Assembly (NCBI GenBank): GCA_002269645.1
Contig: NIVC01000810.1
Coordinates: 62,001-126,000 of the forward strand
Length of the DNA: 64,000 nt
Reading direction: 5' to 3'
Source of the DNA: Macrostomum lignano
Taxonomy: Eukaryota
Position numbers and translations under genes: made by a program. Below, in pieces: positions 32,101 to 43,000 of the stretch (position 1 is its first letter; every line of letters begins with the position of its first letter). The notes under the pieces were generated by a model. The model saw only the letters and a list, made by a program, of their open reading frames with translations, was not told where the DNA came from and did not search any database.

Positions 32101-34881
32101 TGAAAATTCGGCGTTGTGAAAGACAATTCTTTTGACATCATGAAAAGGCGGGTTTGTGAAACGTCCCTGACACAGACAGTGCAGAGGAGTGGGGTTTAAA
32201 ACTGGTTAGTGATTAGTTAGAGCAAGGCACAAACCAAGGCAATTTAGTGTGAGAAAAGCAGTTATGAGTACATTTTACTCAACCAAAGCTTCACCGAAAT
32301 TGCCATTAAGTAATGTTACAATGGCGAAGTAGGTGTTTGGAAACCGTCAAGCTCACCTTTTGCTACACATTGGTTCATCATCAGTTCTTGCGAAGTCTGC
32401 GCGAGACTTCCGTCAGTGCAGCTGTGCCGGCATTGCAGAGTCGCTCCGTGAAATTCCGGTGTCACGTTAATCTCTTTCAAAATGATGAAACTGGAAGTTT
32501 TTGCCTTCTGCAAAATTTATCGGATTCAAGTTGTAAGTTAGTAGCTAATGAATTTCAGCATTTTGTTTCCAGTTCAGCTCTCACACTGCTCAGAGCCATG
32601 ACGTCACCGCTTCGCATCCGGATGCTGCAGTTGACTGCACCAGGTGCGGATGATGAGCTGCACGGAAGCCATGCCTTAACCATCAGTTTATCATTTTCCT
32701 TCAATTTCAACAATTCTCTCTCAAAACATCCAACGCTGCTTTGTTTGCAAAAGTACGCTCCGTAGCACTGGGCATCATTGGCGTCTCGATCAGAATCATT
32801 GCTTCTTCTAAAAGCCAAGCTATTTTCCTCGATCTGCAGCAGCCGGAAGTTCATGTATTTGTCAGCATTGTTGTGAACAAACTTCCTCAGCAGCACAAAC
32901 TGCGGCAACTGTAATGAGATGTCAATGAGGACATTAAAACATGCACGGGAGCTCCAATATTGAAGGACTCAGCAATTGCATACCTTTGAATAGTCTCGAA
33001 CTAAGCAGGTAACTTTATATGCTAATTCTGAGTTAGTTGAGTTCTCGGTGATTCCACACAGGTGAAATTCGGTCAGGCTGTGGTTGAAACCCGCTACGCA
33101 ACCTGGCGGATTCTCAGTCAGACCAGCTGGCCTCTCGTGGCTGAGCAGCACCTCGATGCCCAGGGCTCTGACTCTTTCTGGGACTGGGGCTGGTTTGATA
33201 ATGTGCAAGGAAAACTGTGCACTGATTATTATCATACATTCTTATGCACAAAAACACAGTGTGTACAAACACACAGTGTGCACAAACACACGGTATGCTC
33301 AAACACACGGTACGCACAAACACACGGTGTGCACAAACACACGGTGTGCACAAACACACGGTGTGCACAAACACACGGTGTGCACAAACACACGGTGTGC
33401 ACAAACACACGGTGTGCACAAACACACGGTGTGCACAAACACACTGTGTGCACAAACACACGGTGTGCACAAACACACGGTGTGCACAAACACACGGTGT
33501 GCACAAACACACGGTGTGCACAAACACACGGTATGCTCAAACACACGGTGTGCACAAACACACGGTGTGCACAAACACACGGTGTGCACAAACACACGGT
33601 GTGCACAAACACACGGTGTGCACAAACACACGGTATGCTCAAACACACGGTGTGCACAAACACACGGTGTGCACAAACACACGGTGTGCATAAACACACG
33701 GTGTGCACAAACACACGGTGTGCATAAACACACGGTGTGCACAAACACACGGTGTGCACAAACACACGGTGTGCACAAACACACGGTATGCACAAACACA
33801 CTGTGTGCACAAACACACTGTGTGCACAAACACACGGTGTGCACAAACACACGGTGTGCACAAACACACGGTGTGCACAAACACACGGTGTGCACAAACA
33901 CACGGTATGCTCAAACACACGGTGTGCACAAACACACGGTGTGCACAAACACACGGTGTGCACAAACACACGGTATGCACAAACACACGGTGTGCACAAA
34001 CACACGGTATGCTCAAACATACGGTGTGCACAAACACACGGTGTGCACAAACACGCGGTGTGCACAAACACACGGTGTGCACAAACTTTAGCAGTACTCT
34101 TTAGCGAACTTTAGCTAACACAAACCGATGCAAAATATCCTAATACTTACAATCAAGTCTCCCATAGACAGTGACGGAGAGCACTGAGACACACCGGTTG
34201 AGCTTCAGCAACAGCCACTGGTAGCCTGAGGGGTCCGCGGTGTTGCTGGAGTGGAAATAGTCCCATTGCGATGGTCTGGCAGATGAATTGCGGAAGCAGC
34301 CGTTGCTGTTGTACCATGACGACTGCCAGGCATTATCGATTTCGGATTTGGTGATGTTGAAGCCGAGGCCTTCAGTGTTAATAAAGTTTTAGCGACTTGA
34401 AAACTGTCTGACCAAAGCTTTTTGTAAAGTGGCGTAGTATCTTCAGATTTTTATCAATAATTCAAGGCCCATCGTTTGCTTTCCAAAGAAGCGCTTAAGG
34501 TATACAATGCTCGCATACAACGACATCAAATGACCTAGTGGATCACTCGTCCAATGTACAAGGATGAAAAATATGTACAACCCGCCTGATCACGCTAAAC
34601 TTTGGCTACTCTAATGGCGAATGAGTGAACCTTTTAAGCAACAGTGACAGTTCAAAGGTATTGAATTCGATTTCTGTGCTACTAACTCATATCCAGTCCC
34701 CTTGAGTCACAGTTTGGCCTTCAAGACGCTAATGTTATTGCTCATTATATTAAAGTCAAGTAGCCTACAATAATTTTTAAACGAAGTTGTGCAAGATAAA
34801 AGCTAAAAAACGGTACTTACAAACGTAAAAGCAGCAGAGACTGCAGCTGACGTACAGAATCTGTTTTTTCTGGAGACTCAT
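23153..34881 (-). CDS. G2: lectin-like + ~9 Ig-like domain type I membrane receptor with short tail
   Basis: Signal exon 34881-34821 (MSLQKKQILYVSCSLCCFYV, phase-1 GTAAGT donor). Lectin-like exon 34369-34151. Further exons at ~33180-32985, ~32905-32570, ~32510-32355 and ~28520 down to ~23530. TM exon (VAVLCCSLAVVAVATVAAVLKRTR...PNDPS, GTGAGT donor). Last exon 23179-23153 (TVYYEADN*). AATAAA on minus strand at 23115-23110. Confidence 0.85.
24362..24645 (-). mobile_element. SINE family A copy (G2 intron)
   Basis: Reverse-complement homology to 11967-12268. Confidence 0.8.
25765..26018 (-). mobile_element. SINE family A copy with internal deletion (G2 intron)
   Basis: Reverse-complement homology to 11967-12268. 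Confidence 0.75.
28900..30010 (-). mobile_element. Degenerate DIRS/Ngaro-type (tyrosine-recombinase retrotransposon) RT-RNase H fragment in G2 intron
   Basis: Minus-strand motifs FMSKIDLSQAYHSVRIH (RT), ITLLGVHIDS, VMETDACQQGGG and TDNSAAVGCINTGASGNAAFMTLLR (DIRS-type RNase H), broken by stops and frameshifts. Confidence 0.7.
33246..34085. repeat. 17-bp minisatellite (GGTGTGCACAAACACAC)n, ~49 units, G2 intron after lectin exon
   Basis: Tandem units containing the TGTGCACA palindrome; source of the HKHTVC/VHTVCLC ORFs. Confidence 0.97.
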
Positions 34882-36151
34882 TTACTCAAAAAAATTGACG
34901 AAGCGTTTTTTGATGGGACCGAATTCTTGTCTGAAAATATATTCAGTCTTAAATCGAAAGAACTTGGTGAAAAATTTTGTTTAAGTCAGCTGAAGTTCTC
35001 AATTAGGGAAATATCAATGGTGATAAACGCTTTCTACTTTTTTCCTGGTGCAAAGCTGCATGCCGTCTTATTTAATAGCTGCTGCGGCTCTGATAACTCA
35101 CTTAGCCTTGCAACGACTAAATGGGAACCTTGATTACCGTATTAAATATACCGCGGTCGCACCGAAAGTTTTATAATCCCACATATTGCTACTTCAAAGG
35201 TAGTAGTATTGAACTTAGTATTGAACTTAAAAATTTCCAAGCTTGAACACCAAGCTTCCAGGAAAAATTAACTACTCCTTACAAGGTTAAGCAACAATTA
35301 ATTAAATAGTGTAATTAATAAGCGTCTAATTAACACTCAAAGCACTCCAAATCGAAGCAGTTCCCCCTTTGCCTTCTCATGGCCCGACGTAGGGTACGAG
35401 CTCGAAAGGCAGGGGATATGTGTTATGAATGTGCCTGCTCTACACTATTATGTAATGTACGCATACATCGCACTGATGTTGGATGGGCATCTGTCAGTTA
35501 AACAATATATATTGATTGCTAGCTCACAAGGTAAAGCCATCTCGATCCTTTCTTCTCTCAACACCTGAGTTGATTTCAGCCATTTGGCTAGCAGCCAAAA
35601 CAATAGGACCTGCATGGAAGGCACATATGCAAGGATTTTACCTCTATAGCTCATTCACTTCTTGCCGAGCGCTCTGCTTGATTAGACTTTACACGTACAA
35701 TCTTGTGCGATTGTGGACAACATCAAGGCAGGTGGCAAAGCGTGATGAGGGATCCGCGGCATTTCCAAGAGCTTGCCTGAGCTGCCTTTCGTTCTGAGCA
35801 ATCAGAGCTCCCATCTGACCTCCAAAGTGCTCTAGGCCGCTGTGACTGCCGAGATCTGGACTCTGACACCTGGAATCTGGACTCTGAGACCTGGACTTTA
35901 CCTCACGAGGCTCGCTCAACAGTAAGTCGGCACAGAGCACGCAACACTGGCCTGCCTGTACAGTCTCTAAGGTTGGTGATGATCAATTTCACTGATGCAG
36001 CTCTCTGCACCTGCCTTGCAAGCCTGCAGCTGCGCCGTCAATGACTCACTTCAGCCAGCAGGTCGCAGCATCCGCGCTGAGTCGAAGCTCGAACTGCAGC
36101 AGCGGCGCACCCTGAGAACATTCTTGCTGCATTTGTGATATGGCTAAATTA

Positions 36152-39100
36152 TACTCAGCAACATTGAAAAGTTTCCACCCTAGCGCGCGAAGGGTCAACG
36201 TTGCGAAGGGTCAACGTTTTGGTGGGTGCAGATATTCATGGTTTGAGCCATAGACAAATATATAATCCGGATTCGAACGAAGCAAAGGAACAGCACAGAA
36301 ACAAAGTACGCGAGCATGGGTGACAACTTGCCCAGAACAGGGTCAGTAACGCGTATAGCAGCCACGTGCATGCAGCAGAGCGCTCACTCTCCGGGGCATC
36401 CCCAGAAACAGGCGTCGCAGAGTTGTTGCCATGCAGTAGACAGTGATTCGCGCAGTTGGGCAACGTTTTGCGGCGGATTGTCGCGCCGAATCGAGCGCTT
36501 CAGGTAATCCCAAACGTGCTCCCTGGGATTCATGTCCGGTGATCGGGATGGCCAGCGCAAAAATCGCAGGTGCAGCAGCTCCTTCAGATGCGCCACAGCG
36601 GCTGCGCGATGCGGTGGGGCGTTGTCGTCTTGGAGGACGCTGTTCCCCACGCCACCACATGAAGCATCAATGAAAGGCAGCAGGCGCGTCTGTAGAAGGT
36701 TGGCGTACGACTCGGCAGTCACAGTCGCATCCAGGAACACGAGCTCCGTCTTCGCGTGCATTGTGATGCCTGCCCACACGTGAATAGAAGCTGACTGGCT
36801 CTCAGAGTTTTGCACGTACTGCGGCAGCATCTCCTGGTGCGGCTGGCGCCACACGCGAATGCGGCCGTCGGCACGGAACAATCGAAAGCGGCTCTCATCA
36901 TGAAGAGTTTAAGAGTGGTGATCAGTCACTCAAAAACTCCCACTTCTAGACACTGGGGAACAAGTGCCTAGGTATTTACCAGTTCAAATGACTTACTGCG
37001 GCGGATCCTCTTGTGGTTGGTAGACTTCTGGTTCTTGCGGTGTGTGTGACTCTGTCTAACTTGGCTGAGCAGTAGTGACGGCCGATTTGGAGTATTTTTC
37101 TTGAGTCCTTGACTTTTATCTGTGGGTCGACCAAACGAGAGCGAATCAGAACTTCTTAACGGTCCTCGAGCTCGGAATTAACAATAGAACGTGCGCCCTA
37201 ATGAACAATTGAATTCTCTAATTTTCTGTGATAGGTCCTCCTGAAGGGCGGCTTCTTCGTTACGTCCGAAACGTAACGGATAACTCAATTAAATCAATAA
37301 ATCCTCTAGGAATATCCTAGGAAACAAGGAGGCCTTTCTCTAATGTATCGACAATGAACTGCTCTCGTATAACTCAATTAACCAACTTATTAGCGCTAGT
37401 AACAAATAACTAAATCGGGTAAACGCTTACCAATTGGACAGGTGTGGTCCCTCAGAGATTGGTCTTCTTGTTTCTTCAGAGTCTTCTTAGAGATTGCTCC
37501 GAGTCTGAATTTTTGACTCGAATTTTGACTTATATTTATAGCAAAATTTTGGAGAAAAACCGGTTTGGGATTGGGTATTTACTTAGGTCAAAAATGTTTG
37601 ATTAAGCGGTCATGCATGTTTGAGCATTACCTGAGTTAAACAAATACAGCTGTTGAAATCCGGTTCCTTGATCAAACAATGTAGGTTTCTAAATCATTCT
37701 GTTTGCGCGTGATTCCTAAAATAGATATGACTCCTTTTGAAAGAAATTGACTTCCTTAGAATATTACTTTAAGTAGAGTAGTACATGGTCTAATAACTCT
37801 CTGCAATATGATACAACCACAGAGTCTCAGGCGCCTCTCTGGGCTTGGGCTGCACCGCTGACCAAACCCGGAGCGCCGGAATCAGTGACTTTCATAGCTT
37901 TGATTCAGATCTTAATTTAAAATGAGTTTGTACTACTCAACTGACGAGTAGTTTATCGTTAAACTATATCGAAACCAGCAGTCGTGCACTTTCGGGATAA
38001 TAAAAAATGAACGAAAAGCAATAGGGGATTTGCTTGAAACGTCTATTAACCAGATTTGTTAATAAGAATTTATTTGTTTGGAATATCTCAGCCAGTCAGC
38101 GAGCACTGATGTCTTCTCGTCTCTGATGAAGAATCCAGCTCGAAGCTCTATTGGAGGATCATTCTTTTCTCGTACTTGGCGACCGGCCTGATTTCGGGGG
38201 TGGTGGTTGGCTCTGGCATCCTGTTGGTGTCCCGGTCCAGCAGTTTCTGCAGAACAGCCAGCAGCTTCTGCAGATTGGGCTTCTCTTTTTGGTTCTTGTG
38301 ATCCCGGTTTTTTAAAATGAACGGCGTGACGGTCGAAACGTCTGGAATCAGATCGATTGAGAGTTCAGGGAGTTCGTTGAAGCTGAGCATTCCACGGGAT
38401 CGGGTCTCTCTCTCCTCTACTGAATTGGAGCCTATCCTGCCTATATCCAGTTTCTATCCTGCCTATATCCAGTTTCTATCTAGCCTATATCCTTTTTAGA
38501 GACCGCTCTGAGTCTGAATTTTTGACTCAAATTTCACTTATATTTATAGCAAAATTTTGGAGAAAAACCGGTTTGGGATTGGGTATTTACTTAGGTCAAA
38601 AATGTTTGATTAAGCTGTCATGCATGTTTGAGCATTACCATATATGGGGTTAAGCAAATACAGCTGTTGGAATCCGGTTCCTTGATCAAATAATGTAGGT
38701 TTCTAAATCATTCTGTTTGCGCGTGATTCCTAAAATAGATATGACTCATTTTGAAAGAAATTGACTTCCTTAGAATATTACTTTAAGTAGAGCATTACGG
38801 TATGGTCTAATAACTCTACAATCAGTAAAAATCACTCGCCGCCACTGCTGCTGCCCTTTGCATTTCCCATTGTTTAGCAATTTGACGATCATTATTCCCA
38901 TTTTTAATGCAGAACAATCCATTGCTACAAACAATGCATTGTTTTTAGGATCGTCAAACAGAAAAACAATGCAAAGAATCAGCGGTCGCGGTCAATAGTG
39001 TTGATTATTTATCCATTGTTCCCGGCTGGCCACATGGGTTGGGGTCAGGCGTGGCCGTTTGCGCATCTTACGGGATCGCAGCATGGGTCTGCTCCATGTG

Positions 39101-39280
39101 ACTGTTTCCTTCGACCTGTCCTGTCTGGCGTCTATGACCCAAGTTTTTGTCTATGGCCGAAGTGCGTGTTGACGAAATCATCAATCGTCTATGGCACAAG
39201 TCTGGCGACAAAAACTAGTTTTGAAACTCTAAATATACACGGCTGGCGCGAGGGTGGAAACTTTTCAGTGTTGCTGAGTG
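36152..39280 (-). mobile_element. Tc1/mariner (DD34E-type) transposon split by a ~2-kb nested insertion
   Basis: TIRs TACTCAGCAACATTGAAAAGTTTCCACCCT (36152-36181) / AGGGTGGAAACTTTTCAGTGTTGCTGAGTG (39251-39280), each flanked by TA. Catalytic part 36343-36903: DESRF...VWAGI...QDDNAPPH...SPDMNPREHVW...MPRRV...GCYTRY, one frameshift. N-terminal piece RKRPRLTPTHVASREQW at ~39000-39070. Confidence 0.88.
37490..38817 (-). mobile_element. LTR-like direct repeats (~315 bp, 37490-37800 and 38498-38817) within the insertion that splits the Tc1
   Basis: Two near-identical copies, each with a minus-strand TATA-like CTATAAATATAA. The element class is not determined. Confidence 0.55.
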
Positions 39281-40092
39281 TATAAGGCTATATATAGCTA
39301 GTTAAATTTTTCGATTTTCGAAAAATTTTTTCATCACGAGTTGAAAAAAAATTCACCGAGCTTTGCGAGAATTTGCTCATATAACTCGTGATGGTCATAC
39401 GAGCTTGTAGTGATTCGGTCATACGAATCAAACTAAGGAAAGCAGACACTCGTAGCTACGTGTGCGTTTGATGTCCTCGTGTCTATAAATCTCAGGAAAA
39501 GTCGTGAAATCTAGAAAAAAATGAAATTTTTGCGTTCAATAATTTCGTATTTTAAGTAAATTACATCAATTTTTTTATTCTGTTGTTGAATTTATATAAC
39601 TACGACCAAGCCATTGATAAAATATTAATAACGAGTGTCCTAAATATGCATCATTATATTAAGTAATTTAGGTAGTAATTCTTTACAAACGATTTTTTGC
39701 CTTATCAATGCATAATGCCGTGTTGGAATATCTACCACTGTGGCAAATGCTGGACCTAAATCTGTAAGCCTCAAAAGAAGGTTTTAGCCCAGGTTTTAGC
39801 ATATAGCAGTCCGTGGCTAAATGGACAATAATTATATTTACACGTACATAAAGCCCCAGGTCCATTGCCTATTGGCTAAAGGTGAATTGGACGGTTGGAT
39901 GTAGGGTAATTTCTACCCATATTACGAGTGTAGCTATTTCACTCGTTGAGCCGCCGTATTGATGGTGAAATTTCACAATATTGTACCATCTAAGCTTCCT
40001 TCGAAGTTTAATCTTGATAATCGCAGCAGACAGAGGGCCTCTTCTGTTCCGCAATCGTATTTTGCAAAACTGTAGACACCCTCAGCATCTAC

Positions 40093-43000
40093 ATGGATCT
40101 GCAATTGAAGCTGTTTTTGTGCTTTGCTGTCTATTGCTTCAGAAACTGTGAGGAAAATTGTTTTATTTCTGATATTGTATAATTATATCATAATTATTGC
40201 GCAATGGCATCTTGATAGAAAATAATGTAATAACCATTTATTTGACAGTTCAATTACCGGCACAGTTTCAAACCCACTGTTGAAACTTGCTACGCTAAGA
40301 GTAGGGGGTCGTACTACGAGCGTATAAAGCTTTCGTAGCGTAAGTTCGATCTTATGTCGGAACTTTTACACTGCGGAGATTGGAGTTGAGAACGGTCTTA
40401 TCTTACAATGGCTTTATAGAATTAGTAGGATGTGAATGTTACACCTTGATAAAGCGTCACTTTATCAGTGGTAGTTCTTATTGCAACTTTAACTCACATG
40501 GAACTTCATACTCATATCAAGAGTGTTAGAGTGGTGGAAGTTCAAGCTACAAGCTACATAAACCAAAAGAAACTGTAAATAATCATATCATGCATGTTAA
40601 AAAAATGTGAATGTCAAATGTCATTAGAAATCTAGTGATCTTCTAAATTACAAAAACAAGTCTCATACAATTAAGACTATCATGATTGAGTGTTCGGCTA
40701 CTGGAACATTGCGTCTTTTACAGACTCCAAAAGAGCACCAACTTGAAGTTCAATGAAGTAGTGCTAGTAACTACAATGATGCTCGCTCAGATTAAGATAG
40801 ATTACCCGTTTAAGTAGTAATCTAGATGTATAAATGCTTGAGGGTTAAATAATAAGCGCTTCTTTGGAAAGCAAACGATGGGCCTTGAATTATTGATAAA
40901 AATCTGAAGGCACTACGCCACTTTACAAAAAGCTTTGGTCAGACAGTTTTCAAGTCGCTAAAACTTTATTAACACTGAAGGCCTCGGCTTCAACATCACC
41001 AAATCCGAAATCGATGATGCCTGGCAGTCGTCATGGTACAACAGCAACGGCTGCTTCCGCAATTCATCTGCCAGACCATCGCAATGGGACTATTTTCACT
41101 CCAGCAACACCGCGGACCCCTCAGGCTACCAGTGGCTGTTGCTGAAGCTCAACCGGTGTGTCTCAGTGCTCTCCGTCACTATCTATGGGAGACTTGATTG
41201 TAAGTATTAGGACATTTTGCATCGGTTTCTGTTAGCTAAAGTTCGCTAAAGAGTACTGCTAAAATTTGTGCACACCGTGTGTTTGTGCACACCGCGTGTT
41301 TGTGCACACCGTGTGTTTGTGCACACCGTGTGTTTGTGCATACCGTGTGTTTGTGCACACCGTGTGTTTGTGCACACCGCGTGTTTGTGCACACCGTGTG
41401 TTTGTGCACACCGTGTGTTTGTGCACACCGTGTGTTTGTGCACACCGTGTGTTTGTGCACACCGTGTGTTTGTGCACACCGCGTGTTTCTGCACACCGTG
41501 TGTTTGTGCACACTGTGTTTTTGTGCATAAGAATGTATGATAATAATCAGTGCACAGTTTTCCTTGCACATTATCAAACCAGCCCCAGTCCCAGAAAGAG
41601 TCAGAGCCCTGGGCATCGAGGTGCTGCTCAGCCACGAGAGGCCAGCTGGTCTGACTGAGAATCCGCCCGGCTGCAAGGCGGGTTTCAACCACAGCCTGAC
41701 CGAATTTCACCTGTGTGGAATCACCGAGAACTCAACTAACTCAGAATTAGCATATAAAGTTACCTGCTTAGTTCGAGACTATTCAAAGGTATGCAATTGC
41801 TGAGTCCTTCAATATTGGAGCTCCCGTGCATGTTTTAATGTCCTCATTGACATCTCATTACAGTTGCCGCAGTTTGTGCTGCTGAGGAAGTTTGTTCACA
41901 ACAATGCTGACAAATACATGAACTTCCGGCTGCTGCAGATCGAGGAAAATAGCTTGGCTATTAAAAGAAGCAATGATTCTGATCGAGACGCCAATGATGC
42001 CCTGTGCTACGGAGCGTACTTTTGCAAACAAAGTAGCGTTGGATGTTTTGAGAGAGAATTGTTAACACTGAAGGAAAATGATAAACTGATGGTTAAGGCA
42101 TGGCTTCCGTGCAGCTCATCATCCGCACCTGGTGCAGTCAACTGCAGCATCCGGATGCGAAGCGGTGACGTCATGGCTCTGAGCAGTGTGAGAGCTGACT
42201 GGAAACAAAATGCTGAAATTCATTAGCTACTAACTAACAACTTGAATCCTATAAATTTTGCAGAAGACAAAACCTTCCAGTTTCATCATTTTGAAAGAGA
42301 TTAACGTGACAAAGGAATTTCACGAAGCGAATCTGCAGTGCCGACAGAGCTGCACTGACGGAAGTCTCGCGCAGACTTCGCAAGAACTGATGATAAACCA
42401 ATGTGTAGCAAAGGGTGAGCTTGAAAGAGTTTTGAGACGGTTTCCAAACACCTGCTTCGCCATTGTAACATTACTTAATGGCAATTTCGGTGAAGCTGTG
42501 ATTGAGTAAATAAATTTCAGTATCTCATGTTTTTCTCGCGCTGTATCTTTCAATAAATGAACTGCCGATTATGTAGAACTGTATCATCAATCCTTCTCAT
42601 TTCCAGTTGGTCATTTACCAACTTTAACGTGAAATTGAAGTCACCATTTCTTTTTTCTTTTTCTAAGCTTTCAGCTTGAATTTCAGGAGCTCCAAGTCTT
42701 GATCTGAGCATCACCAAGCACTGGGTGGTGAACAGGACAGCAGTGTTCTCTCTCAGCACGGATGGCTTGGTTTCTGCGACAGAGTACGACTGCTATCTTA
42801 CATATGATCCGAGAAATTATGGCAGTACATCAAGACGAAAAAAGTCGAAAACGATCTCAATAAAAAGACTGAATTCGACTTTCAGTGTAAGAATAAAAGC
42901 GCTCTGTCTATATTTGCGTGTCAATATGGTTGAGCATTCACATTTTCAGTAAACTTTTCTGCATGCTTTTAGAGTGAAACACAGAAGTTCAGTACTAAAA

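Noticed and set aside
33062-34114. Cys/His-rich metallothionein-like ORFs (also 41236-41710)
   Set aside because: 17-bp VNTR translated in all six frames.
35400-36130. GC-rich stretch with short ORFs between G2 and the Tc1
   Set aside because: No recognisable motif or splice-supported model; probably another decayed TE fragment.
37245-37280. Second hammerhead candidate CTGAAGGG...CGAAACGTA
   Set aside because: The core lacks the conserved A9 and stem I does not pair; better explained as a simple CGTTACGT/ACGTAACG hairpin.
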